DNA of 64,000 nt. Source: a virus. The position numbers were made by a program, and so were the translations under genes. The notes beneath the pieces are model-generated. The model made no database searches, was not told the origin of the DNA, and saw nothing but the letters and a program-made list of their open reading frames with translations. Numbering within the stretch: position 1 is the first letter of the stretch; each line of letters opens with the position of its first letter. Below are positions 1 through 9,770 of this stretch, piece by piece. The DNA lies in the IMG/VR virus record IMGVR_UViG_3300041407_000075, positions 1 to 64,000 of that record. The stretch is one strand, 5' to 3'.

Positions 1-9
1 GTCCACGAA

Positions 10-417
10 ATGGACCCATCGGTTGGCTTTAGCCGCCGTGATCTGAACGTCACTCCTATCACTCCAGCTATCCGTATGGGTACTGTAGTTTATCGTGCCA
101 AGTCTGCCGACCTCACTGCTGCTTGGACCGTACTCGCTTCTGCTGCTCCGCTGGTTCTGACCAATGAATTCGCTGTTGTTTACGGCGATCATTTCTCGTT
201 TAACCCTTCGTTCGTTCCTCGTGCAATCGCCGCTAACATGTATAACGCTGTTGGTTTTGTTGGTACTTCGGGTGCTCTGCAACTGAAAGAATACTACATC
301 AAACAAGTTGCTAAATCCACCGCTGTTACTGGTGGTGCTGACCTCACTGATGCTCAAGTTGAAACCCTGAAGGGTCTGCTTGAACAACAAGGCATCCAAG
401 TACTTAAAACAGTTTAA
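10..417 (+). CDS. head decoration protein (5' end may lie upstream of window)
   Basis: Directly upstream of major capsid gene; strongly biased codon usage; frame open to window edge. Confidence 0.6.
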   Translation: MDPSVGFSRRDLNVTPITPAIRMGTVVYRAKSADLTAAWTVLASAAPLVLTNEFAVVYGDHFSFNPSFVPRAIAANMYNAVGFVGTSGALQLKEYYIKQVAKSTAVTGGADLTDAQVETLKGLLEQQGIQVLKTV

Positions 418-462
418 GCGACTGTTTAAACAAACTCTATAAGCTAAGGAATCATAAATAAT

Positions 463-1530
463 ATGGCTATTGTACTAGATCGTCAGAACCTCGGTAAAGT
501 TGTTGACCGTACCGACTCGCTGATTGTAATCCCCAACACCGTTGGTATCACCAATGCACTGGGTCTGTTTGAAGATGTATACTCCACCCAGAAGACTATC
601 GAGATTACTCGTAGCACCCGTAAATCCCATCTGCTGGAAGATCGCAACTGGGATGAACGTAACCAGACTATCGCTGGTCGTGAACAAGACAGCCTGTTGC
701 TGAAAATCCCTCACTTCCCACTGGATGATGCAATCACCCCTAACGATGTCGATGGCATTGTACAGGCTGGTTCGCTGGCAGAGTTTGCTGAACTGGAAAC
801 TGTTGCTTCGGTTCGTGCTGACAAGATGATTGATGTTCGTGAAGCTCATGCACTGACCAAAGAAGCTGCTCGTATGCAGTTGATTACCACTGGTACTGTG
901 TATGCGCCTCGTGCCACTGTAGTTACCAACTTCTACACTGAATTTGGTGTTACTCGTATTGAGATTGTTACCGATCTGTCCTCGGCTACCGATCCTCGTG
1001 CAGACTTCAATGATGCTAAGAAAGCAACCCGTAACGCATTGCGTGATGGTCAAGCTGGTACTGTACGTTCGTTCGTTGTCCTGTGCTCCGATTCGTACTA
1101 CAACGCTGTTCAACAGAATGCTTATGTAACTGACGCATTCAAGTATGTTGACCAAGGCCAAGCTACCCGTATCCTGTTGGGTGCTGGTGGTGTTGATGTA
1201 CCAGGTCTGGATGCTCGCTTTGAAATGATGAGCGTATTTGGTATGACCTTTATCAATGCCGGCGCTGCTGGCTACGAGAATGCTGCTGGTACTTTCGTAC
1301 CGTTCATTCCAGAAGGTGATGCTTACATGATGCCTGTTGGTGTCCGTAACTTCCTCAAAACCTACTACGCTCCGGCTAACCGTTTTGGCAGCATCAACCG
1401 TCGTGCTCAGGGTAGCTATTTCTTCGAATACCTGAACGAGAAAGATGATCAGATCGAAATCATGACTGAGCAGAACTTCTTGAACGCTTGCTTGAATCCA
1501 GAAGCTATCGTGCGTCTGTCGTTGACCTAA
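463..1530 (+). CDS. major capsid protein (lambda gpE-like)
   Basis: 355 aa; IPHFPLDDAITPNDV and YYAPAN motifs of gpE-type capsids; highly biased codons; SD AAGGA. Confidence 0.9.
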   Translation: MAIVLDRQNLGKVVDRTDSLIVIPNTVGITNALGLFEDVYSTQKTIEITRSTRKSHLLEDRNWDERNQTIAGREQDSLLLKIPHFPLDDAITPNDVDGIVQAGSLAEFAELETVASVRADKMIDVREAHALTKEAARMQLITTGTVYAPRATVVTNFYTEFGVTRIEIVTDLSSATDPRADFNDAKKATRNALRDGQAGTVRSFVVLCSDSYYNAVQQNAYVTDAFKYVDQGQATRILLGAGGVDVPGLDARFEMMSVFGMTFINAGAAGYENAAGTFVPFIPEGDAYMMPVGVRNFLKTYYAPANRFGSINRRAQGSYFFEYLNEKDDQIEIMTEQNFLNACLNPEAIVRLSLT

Positions 1531-1545
1531 GAATCAAATGGAGAT

Positions 1546-1570
1546 GGGGACGTAGTGTCCCCTCCCCTTA
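1546..1570 (+). terminator. putative intrinsic terminator hairpin after capsid gene
   Basis: GGGGAC-GTAGT-GTCCCC stem; weak U-tail. Confidence 0.5.
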
Positions 1571-1588
1571 TTGACGGAGTAAAAGAAT

Positions 1589-1816
1589 ATGGCTGTAACA
1601 ACTAAAAATGGTTGGATCTTTGGTATCCAAGAACTTGAAGCCAGCATTGCTTCCGGTGCTGCTGTTCCTGCTGCAACCACCACCGTTGCTGGTAAAGTAA
1701 AACAAATTACTTTCACTGCACAAGCTGCTGAATTTGCAAACCTTGCTGCTGCAACTGCTGCCTATAATGCATTGCTTACTAAATTGATTGCTGCCGGTAT
1801 TATGCCTGCTGCTTAA
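1589..1816 (+). CDS. head fibre protein
   Basis: PAATTTVAGKVKQ ... YNALLTKLIAAGIM pattern typical of small head-fibre proteins. Confidence 0.7.
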   Translation: MAVTTKNGWIFGIQELEASIASGAAVPAATTTVAGKVKQITFTAQAAEFANLAAATAAYNALLTKLIAAGIMPAA

Positions 1817-1898
1817 GTATATAAGGGTGTAAAAGCCCTTGTAGTTAAAAGATTTATATGATAAAATTTTAGATCAAATTAATTGAAGGAGATCTAAG

Positions 1899-2372
1899 AT
1901 GCATCATAATGCGAAGCACGGCAAATATAAAACAAAGACATATGCTTCCTATCGAGCAATGATTCAGAGGGTTACTGATGAAAATCATAAATCTTTTGAG
2001 CATAGCGGTGGTAGAGGTATCCAGATTTGTGATCGGTGGCTTGACCCAGCTAATGGAGTTCTTAACTTCTTTGAAGATATGGGCGAGCGTCCAGAAGGTA
2101 CAACACTAGACAGAATTGATGTCAATGGTGACTACTTTCTAGAAAATTGCAGGTGGACAACTTACTCTGAACAAAACTTTAACCAAACTCTAAAGTCCCA
2201 TAATACTTCAGGTAAGACTGGTGTAAGTTGGAATAAAGAAAAAGAGAAATGGGAAGTTTATATTTCAAAGAATAAGAAACTAATTAAACTTGGCTATTTT
2301 AACTCTTTGGAAGAAGCAATCAAAGTAAGACAGGAAGCCGAACTACAATACTATGGTTACATAAAGGAATAG
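1899..2372 (+). CDS. HNH homing endonuclease with C-terminal AP2-like DNA-binding domain
   Basis: GGRGIQICDRW, TLDRIDVNGDY..NCRW, NTSGKTGVSW, LGYF motifs. Confidence 0.9.
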   Translation: MHHNAKHGKYKTKTYASYRAMIQRVTDENHKSFEHSGGRGIQICDRWLDPANGVLNFFEDMGERPEGTTLDRIDVNGDYFLENCRWTTYSEQNFNQTLKSHNTSGKTGVSWNKEKEKWEVYISKNKKLIKLGYFNSLEEAIKVRQEAELQYYGYIKE

Positions 2373-2374
2373 TT

Positions 2375-2827
2375 ATGGCATTAACTCCTGTCGAGCAGGT
2401 TAATCTACTTATAGGGAACACTTTGGGTAATCCATTTTACCCGATATTCTCTACGGAAGAAATACAGCAATTCTTAGATTTAAATAATCAAAATGTATAT
2501 CAAGCAGCAAGGATGGCTGCTATTAGCGCATCATTTACTATCTCAGGGTATAACACGAGGGAGCAAACGGGAGACATTCTCGTATGGAACGACTACGCTA
2601 AGAACTACTTAGCTGCTCTTGGTAACTTCATTAATAATCCAACTGTATTGATCCCTATGGGACTAATGCCTTGGTCTGCTAATACTTGTGCAAATAGCAA
2701 ACTTATGAACATTGAAGTTTGTGATGGTGATGCATGTAAAGAAGCTGCTTGTTGTGAGACAGGTTGTGGATGTGATAGTTGTCACGCTGCTGGTGTAGCC
2801 GGTTGCGGCGATACATTTGTTTATTAA
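2375..2827 (+). CDS. putative head-tail adaptor with Cys-rich C-terminus
   Basis: Position in neck module; 9 Cys in last ~46 aa. Confidence 0.55.
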   Translation: MALTPVEQVNLLIGNTLGNPFYPIFSTEEIQQFLDLNNQNVYQAARMAAISASFTISGYNTREQTGDILVWNDYAKNYLAALGNFINNPTVLIPMGLMPWSANTCANSKLMNIEVCDGDACKEAACCETGCGCDSCHAAGVAGCGDTFVY

Positions 2828-2836
2828 GGAGTTGAA

Positions 2837-3205
2837 ATGTTAAAACCTCAATTCCTTTTAACGCATAAGATTCCACTCACTATTTATCGCAGGTCTTTAG
2901 GGAGCTATGTTGAAGGTGAATGGATTGAAGGGTCTACCGTAGAAGTTTCAGTTCAAGTGAATATCCAACCCCTTAAAGGTTATGAGATTCTTCAACTTCC
3001 TGAATCTGAACGTACTCGTGTTTGGTGGAAAGTCTATTCTGCTGATGTGCTTCGGACAGCTAAGGAGGGCTCTCATGATGCGGATGAATTTCTGTGGAAG
3101 GGTGATCGTTACAAGGTCATGAAACTGGATGATTGGTCAGTTGGAATGTCGATCCTTGAACACACGAAGGCTTACTGCACACGCATAGAATTAACTCCAA
3201 ATTAA
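2837..3205 (+). CDS. head closure / head-tail connector protein
   Basis: Synteny; VNIQPL..EILQLPESERT and ADEFLWKGDRYKV pattern. Confidence 0.6.
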   Translation: MLKPQFLLTHKIPLTIYRRSLGSYVEGEWIEGSTVEVSVQVNIQPLKGYEILQLPESERTRVWWKVYSADVLRTAKEGSHDADEFLWKGDRYKVMKLDDWSVGMSILEHTKAYCTRIELTPN

Positions 3206-3217
3206 AGGATGTGAAGA

Positions 3218-3700
3218 ATGTCTTTTAAATTGAAAGTTGATAAGTCTGGTTGGAACAAAATGAAGAAGGAACTTCTTAAAGGATCTAGTCTAGAAGTTCA
3301 AGTTGGTATTGTTGAACCTACTTACTATGGAAGTGATAACGACAACCTCTCTGTTGCTCAAGTCTGGCAATGGCAAGAGGAAGGTGTTCCAGCTCAGAAT
3401 ATCCCGACACGTCCAGCCATCAGAGTTGGATTTATGGCTCTGATTAAAAAAGGACTGTACGACTCGTATTTTGTTGAGAGTATTCAGCGAATTGCCGAAG
3501 GAAAAAGCACCTTCAAACAAGAGTACACAAGGATTGGTGCCATGGCTAAGGGTGACTTGAAAGAAGCTGTTGAGATGTGGGATTCCCCGCGAAACAGCCC
3601 ATATACGGTTGACCTTAAAGGGTTTGACAACCCACTGATTGATAGCGGACTTCTTTATGAGTCTATAGATTTTAAAGTAGATAAGAAAGGGGTTAACTGA
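3218..3700 (+). CDS. neck / tail completion protein
   Basis: NIPTRPAIR and PRNSPYT..KGFDNPLIDSGLL motifs. Confidence 0.7.
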   Translation: MSFKLKVDKSGWNKMKKELLKGSSLEVQVGIVEPTYYGSDNDNLSVAQVWQWQEEGVPAQNIPTRPAIRVGFMALIKKGLYDSYFVESIQRIAEGKSTFKQEYTRIGAMAKGDLKEAVEMWDSPRNSPYTVDLKGFDNPLIDSGLLYESIDFKVDKKGVN

Positions 3701-4239
3701 TGTCAGTTTATAGTGATGTCCGAGCGAGTATCCGTAAAGGTGCTCTAGCAGCTCTTTCAGAATTTACAAACCCACAAGTGATTTTCAGTCACGGAAATGG
3801 CGCAGAACCTGCTGAGAGTTATGTTGTTGTAAATATCCTTAATGTTGAACAACAAGGTCACCATAATACTTCCACCTTAGCCAACGCTAATGAAACATTG
3901 ACGTTTCAAGTAGCTTATGAAGTGATGGTTCAGTTTAGTTTTGTAGGTAGCCTAAGTGGGGATATGTCCCAAAGCTTCACACAGAATATTAATAACAACC
4001 CACTGACTCGTTTAGAGTTACAAAGAAATAAACTAGGGTTGATGAGGAAAAGCCAGATTCGTAGGGCACCTCAGAAAAGAGATACCAAATGGGTTGAGTA
4101 TCATAATCTTGATGTAACATTTAACTACATCGTTATTACTGACCAACTTGTTGACGTTGTTGAAGGCGTAGTCATTGCTGATGAGGCTTCAGAGATTCCA
4201 GTAATTATAAAAATTCCAGAAAGTATCATTTATCCGTAG
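3700..4239 (+). CDS. tail terminator / neck protein
   Basis: Immediately upstream of sheath gene; overlapping stop/start. Confidence 0.55.
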   Translation: MSVYSDVRASIRKGALAALSEFTNPQVIFSHGNGAEPAESYVVVNILNVEQQGHHNTSTLANANETLTFQVAYEVMVQFSFVGSLSGDMSQSFTQNINNNPLTRLELQRNKLGLMRKSQIRRAPQKRDTKWVEYHNLDVTFNYIVITDQLVDVVEGVVIADEASEIPVIIKIPESIIYP

Positions 4240-4271
4240 CAAAGGCTACATAACAAAGGATCACAATACCT

Positions 4272-5555
4272 ATGTCCGATTTGGATGATGTAGTTTCGGT
4301 TGTTATTACCGACCAGACCACTGCTATTGCTACGGCTAGCTTCGCAATTCCCCTTATCCTTGCTACGTTTACTAATTTTGCTGAACGTGCCCGTACCTAC
4401 CTGAATATCACTGAAGTTGGGGGTGATTTCGCTACTACTAGTAATGTTTACATTATGGCTAGCAAGGCTTTTGGCCAAGATTCTGTAATTGGTGCCCCAC
4501 CACCATCCATCGTTGTTGGGCGTCGTCAAGTTGATAGTGTAGTATTTACCCCCACCGTTGCTGATAGCACTGCTTACACTGTTACTCTGAATGATGTGGC
4601 TTACACTTTCACCTCTGGTGTTGGTGCTACAGCCACGACTATTGTAACTGGTCTGAAAGCTGCCATTGGTACACCAACCGGTATTACGGTTGGTGGTACA
4701 ACTACCCTGACTCTGGCAGCTACTGTACCCGGTACAGCTTGGAGTGTTCTGACCTCGGTAAACCTTGTTGGTGTAAACACAGCCACTGAAACTTGGCCTG
4801 CTGCTCTTCTTGCCGTTGATGCTGATAATGACATCTGGTATGAACTGACTGCTGAAACTCAAGTAGTTGCTGAACAAGAAGCTCTGTCCGATACCATTCA
4901 AGCAATGGATAAGATCTACGGTCTGTCCTCTGCTGACGTTGTTGCACCTACTACTGGCATCACAGATATTGGCTACAAACTTAATGCTAAATCTGCTGGT
5001 CGTACCTTTGGTGTATGGTCTGCAACTGCTGCAACTGAATTCCCTGAGCTTGCTTGGTCTGGTAGTCAGTTGGCTGTAACTCCGGGCTCTAACGACTGGG
5101 ACTTTAAGCGTGCTGTAGGCGTTACTCGTAGCATCCTTAGCTCGACACAGATTGTCAACTTGCGTGCTAAATCGTGGAACTTCTTCCGCCGTAAGGGGGG
5201 TGTTGATGTCTTCCAAGACGGTAACATGTTTGATGCAAAACCGATAGACATCCAAATTTCTAAGGACTGGTTGAAAGCCCGTCTTCAGGAAGGCATCTAT
5301 TTCCGGATCATCAACAGCCTTAAAATTCCAATGACCGACCCCGGCCTTTTGATTGTAGAGAATGAAATTCGCTCTGTACTCTCCTTAGCTGAAAGCAACG
5401 GTATGATTGATTCTGGATGGACCGTGCAAACGCCCCCAGTATTGTCGATCCCTGCAACTCTTCGTGCGCAACGCGCTGCTGGTGTATTTGTTATCCGTGC
5501 TCGTCTGCAAGGTGCAATTCGCAGCGTTGCAATCCAATTTTACCTCAGCGTATAA
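4272..5555 (+). CDS. contractile tail sheath protein (DUF3383-type)
   Basis: 427 aa; PGSNDWDFK, DWLKARLQE, KIPMTDPG, ARLQGAI motifs. Confidence 0.85.
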   Translation: MSDLDDVVSVVITDQTTAIATASFAIPLILATFTNFAERARTYLNITEVGGDFATTSNVYIMASKAFGQDSVIGAPPPSIVVGRRQVDSVVFTPTVADSTAYTVTLNDVAYTFTSGVGATATTIVTGLKAAIGTPTGITVGGTTTLTLAATVPGTAWSVLTSVNLVGVNTATETWPAALLAVDADNDIWYELTAETQVVAEQEALSDTIQAMDKIYGLSSADVVAPTTGITDIGYKLNAKSAGRTFGVWSATAATEFPELAWSGSQLAVTPGSNDWDFKRAVGVTRSILSSTQIVNLRAKSWNFFRRKGGVDVFQDGNMFDAKPIDIQISKDWLKARLQEGIYFRIINSLKIPMTDPGLLIVENEIRSVLSLAESNGMIDSGWTVQTPPVLSIPATLRAQRAAGVFVIRARLQGAIRSVAIQFYLSV

Positions 5556-5571
5556 TCCGGGAGATTATTAA

Positions 5572-6105
5572 ATGGCTTCTAATTTTATTGGCAACTATTC
5601 CCCGGATGATTTTACAATTGTAATTTCGAAAGGTGACTTCGTTCACACTGTTTCTGGTTTTGCTGACGGTACTTTCGTTTCAATGAATCGTTTGGTTCCG
5701 AGTTCCACGCCATATCAGGGTGTAGGTAAGTCGAACTCCTTTGGTCGTGTGAAGCGTAGCGTAACTGGTATGACTGTTGATGTTACTTTGCATCAATATT
5801 CTCCATCTAACACTGTGTTGCAACAACTGCAAATTGCAGATGCTAATACTCCAGACAATACTTGGGTGTTTTCTGTAACCATTAAAGATTTGAGTGGGCA
5901 AACTGTAGCGTCGTCTAACAGTGCAATCATTGCTGCCCCACCAACTGTAGAGTTTAGTTCTGAAACTTCTACTCGCGCTTGGCAAGTGTATCTCTTCGGT
6001 AGTGACTTGTTTGTTGGCGGTAATATGCCACTAAGTCCTTCTGAAGTAGCCGCTGTTGAGGCTGCTGGTGGTGAAGTTGATAGTCGCTGGCGCTTGAATC
6101 CTTAA
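5572..6105 (+). CDS. tail tube protein
   Basis: After sheath gene; YSPDD, GFADGTFV, TLHQYSPSN motifs. Confidence 0.8.
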   Translation: MASNFIGNYSPDDFTIVISKGDFVHTVSGFADGTFVSMNRLVPSSTPYQGVGKSNSFGRVKRSVTGMTVDVTLHQYSPSNTVLQQLQIADANTPDNTWVFSVTIKDLSGQTVASSNSAIIAAPPTVEFSSETSTRAWQVYLFGSDLFVGGNMPLSPSEVAAVEAAGGEVDSRWRLNP

Positions 6106-6157
6106 TTGGTATTAGGGGAAAGGGATAAACCAATCCCCTATAATTTAAGGAGATAAT

Positions 6158-6655
6158 ATGGCACTCGCTAACTATTCACCAGACTCAGTAAATTGTCTAG
6201 CCTTTGGTATCCCACTAAACGGTTTTGCAGATGGAACATTTATCACAGTAACTAAAGATAAAGTTCCATACGGTTCTACAGAAACAGCAGATGGCTCTAT
6301 TTCCAGACTTTATACAAACAGTCAGACATACACCATCTCGTTGACGTTTCACCGTGGCTCTACATCTAATGATATTCTTACTAAGCTGTGGCAGCTAGAT
6401 GAGTTTACGCAGATGGGTAAATTCCCCTTGTTTGTAAAAGATTTATCTGGCACAGACCTTTTCTTTTCAACTAACACTTGGATTGAAGGTATCCCTAGCA
6501 TGGTTCAGAGCACTAACTTTGACACACGTACTTGGATTCTTCGTTCCTCACAAGCAGTTATCAATGTTGGTAGCAACCAAGATGCTAGTGGTATTCTGCA
6601 AGATTTGATTAATTTGGCGTCTGGTGCAGCTTCAATTGCAGAAGGAGTGTTGTAA
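6158..6655 (+). CDS. tail tube-like protein (paralogue 2)
   Basis: NYSPDS, GFADGTFI and KDLSG shared with tube protein. Confidence 0.7.
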   Translation: MALANYSPDSVNCLAFGIPLNGFADGTFITVTKDKVPYGSTETADGSISRLYTNSQTYTISLTFHRGSTSNDILTKLWQLDEFTQMGKFPLFVKDLSGTDLFFSTNTWIEGIPSMVQSTNFDTRTWILRSSQAVINVGSNQDASGILQDLINLASGAASIAEGVL

Positions 6656-7149
6656 TGGCTAACTCCTTTACTGTGAATACATACAGCCCCAAGGACGTAA
6701 TATTAACTGTTGGTGGTTATCAACTAACTGGTTGGCAGAGTATCAATATTAGTAGGACAGTAAAGGGGTTTACTCCTATTCGCGGCATCCGTGGCAAGAA
6801 CACACGAGTTCCGAACGTAGACACTTCAGCTACAATTACCATCTCCCTTCTTCAGACATCTCAAGGTAACGATGTACTTTCGTATATCCATGAACTTGAT
6901 TTAAATGAAGGCACTGGACGAATTGCTTTGATGTTGAAAGATAACTCTGGGCGTAGTGTGTTTTCCTCTAATGAGGCATATATCACTGGGTATCCAACAG
7001 CAACGTTCTCAGGCCAGTTTGAATACCGTAATTGGGAGTTCTTCTTGCAGTCTACGAACGCTTATGTTGTGTCAGGTAATGCTAAACCTGCAACAGACCT
7101 ATTTGACAGGGCACTTAGTGAAGCTGGTAACTTCTTTGATAATCTTTAA
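6655..7149 (+). CDS. tail tube-like protein (paralogue 3)
   Basis: TYSPKD, LLQTSQGN and KDNSG motifs. Confidence 0.65.
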   Translation: MANSFTVNTYSPKDVILTVGGYQLTGWQSINISRTVKGFTPIRGIRGKNTRVPNVDTSATITISLLQTSQGNDVLSYIHELDLNEGTGRIALMLKDNSGRSVFSSNEAYITGYPTATFSGQFEYRNWEFFLQSTNAYVVSGNAKPATDLFDRALSEAGNFFDNL

Positions 7150-7171
7150 TTAATATTCTGAGATAAAATAA

Positions 7172-7492
7172 ATGGCAGCTCCAAAATTTGAAGTACTTGA
7201 ACAAACAACTATTACAGTTGACGATATTGAATACCTTGTAACGGCAATGCCTGCAACTAAAGGTTTGATGTTTATTGAAAAGCATCAGGCAGCTATTGAT
7301 GAAGGTAAGGCCGATCTTAGTCAGATGAAACAAATCATTTGTAACTATGTTTCCAAAGAGAACATGCAGATCACTGAAAAGTCTTTTGACGTATCTTTTG
7401 CTCGTCGTTATGCACACCTCAACAAGCTCTATAAAGAGGTGCTGAATTTTAACTTCGAAGAGCTTTTTCAGGCACCCGATTCAGAAGAGTAA
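7172..7492 (+). CDS. tail assembly chaperone (gpG-like)
   Basis: Between tube and tape measure genes; followed by an overlapping open -1 frame. Confidence 0.7.
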   Translation: MAAPKFEVLEQTTITVDDIEYLVTAMPATKGLMFIEKHQAAIDEGKADLSQMKQIICNYVSKENMQITEKSFDVSFARRYAHLNKLYKEVLNFNFEELFQAPDSEE

Positions 7493-7740
7493 CTGAAAAG
7501 TCTGAGTCGGGAAGATTGGCTACACAACTAGAAAAAGAAATTGATAAGACATTCTCTCAGCACTGGAGCATCTACAGGATTGCCATGCACGAGAAAGGTG
7601 GTCTTGAGTTAGCTGCTGAGATGGAATGGAAGTATTCTACAAGGCAAATGCTACGTCTTTTAGAATTATTAGATGTGTACGATGCTTTAAATAAGCAAGC
7701 ATTCGATAAAGCTAAAGCTGATAAAAATAAACCGAAATGA
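7468..7740 (+). CDS. tail assembly chaperone extension (gpT-like), probably reached by -1 frameshift
   Basis: The -1 frame is open from 7453 to 7740; candidate slip site CTTTTTC at 7463-7469. Confidence 0.55.
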   Translation, partial: SGTRFRRVTEKSESGRLATQLEKEIDKTFSQHWSIYRIAMHEKGGLELAAEMEWKYSTRQMLRLLELLDVYDALNKQAFDKAKADKNKPK

Positions 7741-7754
7741 CGGGGTAATAAACA

Positions 7755-9761
7755 TTGCAGATCGCCAAGTACTTTTCTTCCATCGGGTTTTCTGTTGATG
7801 TTGCTTCTGTCAAAAAAGTTGACAAAGCTATTGATCATGTTGAAAACAGGCTTAAAAAGCTGGGAACATTTGCCAACAAACCTATTACGTTGTCTATTGG
7901 CAGTTTCGATGTAGATCAGCGTAGGCTGAATGTTGCATTAGGAACAGCATTAGATATCGCATCTTCTCGATTAGTGTTTGAAATCAGCAGGTTTGCTGTA
8001 GATCAGATGCACCTAAACCGCGTGATGACAGCAGCCACTATTCAAGCCTCTCGTGTTGCCGGACAGAGTGCAACCATTCGACCTAACGTTCATGTGAATG
8101 GAGTTGTTGGTGGTGGAAGGGTATCCCATGTTGCTGGTGCTGTCGGCGGCGGACTAATTGGTAGGGGTGTTTCTGGGCTATATGGTCCAGCACTTGCTTT
8201 AGGTTTGGGTGGTTATGGTCTGAGTGCTCTTAATCAACGCAACCAAGAAGTAGTTAGTGCACAACTCCAATCAACCGCAGTAGTTCAACAAGCGGGTGGA
8301 AGTGCTCAACAGGGTAAGGATTCTTTTGAATACCTTCGCAGTGAAGGACAAAGAATTGGTTATAATTACTTAGATGCTTCTGGTGATTATAATAAACTAA
8401 TCTCCGGCCTTACTGGCTCGGGTATTGGTTTAAAAGAAAGTCAAAAAGTATTCTCCGGCTTTGCTGAACTTGCCCGTGTAAACAAACTTGATAAAACAAC
8501 TCAGAACCGCTTGTTCCGAGCCTTGTCTCAAGTGGCCGGTAAAGGTAAGTTGATGTCTGAGGAACTTACTGGACAGATTGCAGAGGCGCTTCCCGGTGGT
8601 ACAGCACTGTTCGCACAAGCTTATCAGGCAAAGATTGGTGGTAATAAGACAGGCGCTGAGGCCATTCAACAGCTTTTAGCTGATATGAAGAAAGGCAAAG
8701 TAACCAGCGATATCCTCACTTATGCGGGTGCTGCTGCTTCTCAAAGAGCGAACCAAGGCGGTGCTCTCGGTACGGCAAGTCAAGCCTCTCAGGCTGAACA
8801 AGCTCGTTATCAAAACTCTGTAAATGATATGGCGGTGCTGGCATCTGGTGCTGGTGTAGAAGAGGGTTTTGCCCGTATATTCCGCACACTCACAGCTGGG
8901 TTGAGCGAAAGCAGTGATCTTGTCACAACCCTAGCAGAAGGCTTTAATGAAGCCACTAAGTGGGCAGACGATTTACTTCTATTTCCTCAATCATTTGTTA
9001 GGGCGTTGGAAGGCAAGGATAGTCTAGTTGCTGATTGGCTGGGGATCGATGATACAAATCAACTTATCTCTGACTGGAAAGAAATTAAAGGGTTGTGGGA
9101 GCAAATAACAGCTATCAAGCCTGAAGATACGTTTGGTAATTTTCTTCCGACAATTGAAGCAACAGCAAGAGAAATTGCTGGGATCATAGGGTTAGTTGGT
9201 AGGTTCAAACAGTGGAATGACAATGCCTCAGCTAGTGCTGATATTGTCCAAGCTGATATTGCCTCTAGGGGTGATGGGCCTGTCTCAAACTTCTTCGCTG
9301 GGCTTGGTGGGAGCTTAGCAGGCCTCAGCGCATATATATCAACACCGTTTGATGTTCAAGAATCTAACCAGTATAAAGACTATGTAACTAATGAATATGG
9401 TCGTGGTGCTCAGGTTATGAAGGACCAAGAACAGTTGAAAGGTATTTCCGAGAACTTCAGACTGCAAAACCTTGACCCTCTATCATCCTCCCAAGAGGGT
9501 GCGGACGCCTATAATGATGCACTATCTAATGAGTTTAAAGGTTTTACCGATACCAACAAGCAATCAGCATTAGAAAAAGCTGCCGAAGTCACCAACAATA
9601 ACACTCAATCAAATCAGATTGATATTGTTGTAAACGTTGATGGTTCAACTCTTGCTGGTATGGATGCTAACGCACAAGCTCAAGCGATTGGTGAAGCTGT
9701 AGCAAATATGTTTGTTCAGTCCTTTGATCAAGTGAATGTTCAATTCCCCGTAAAACAATAA
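7755..9761 (+). CDS. tape measure protein
   Basis: 668 aa Ala/Gly-rich; ALSQVAGKGKLMSEELTGQIAEALPG tape-measure motif; TTG start. Confidence 0.9.
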   Translation: MQIAKYFSSIGFSVDVASVKKVDKAIDHVENRLKKLGTFANKPITLSIGSFDVDQRRLNVALGTALDIASSRLVFEISRFAVDQMHLNRVMTAATIQASRVAGQSATIRPNVHVNGVVGGGRVSHVAGAVGGGLIGRGVSGLYGPALALGLGGYGLSALNQRNQEVVSAQLQSTAVVQQAGGSAQQGKDSFEYLRSEGQRIGYNYLDASGDYNKLISGLTGSGIGLKESQKVFSGFAELARVNKLDKTTQNRLFRALSQVAGKGKLMSEELTGQIAEALPGGTALFAQAYQAKIGGNKTGAEAIQQLLADMKKGKVTSDILTYAGAAASQRANQGGALGTASQASQAEQARYQNSVNDMAVLASGAGVEEGFARIFRTLTAGLSESSDLVTTLAEGFNEATKWADDLLLFPQSFVRALEGKDSLVADWLGIDDTNQLISDWKEIKGLWEQITAIKPEDTFGNFLPTIEATAREIAGIIGLVGRFKQWNDNASASADIVQADIASRGDGPVSNFFAGLGGSLAGLSAYISTPFDVQESNQYKDYVTNEYGRGAQVMKDQEQLKGISENFRLQNLDPLSSSQEGADAYNDALSNEFKGFTDTNKQSALEKAAEVTNNNTQSNQIDIVVNVDGSTLAGMDANAQAQAIGEAVANMFVQSFDQVNVQFPVKQ

Positions 9762-9770
9762 GGAGCGCCT

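Noticed and set aside
475-5255. Long antisense ORFs (475-1161, 4230-5255)
   Set aside because: Mirror frames of the capsid and sheath genes caused by codon bias; no SD or motifs
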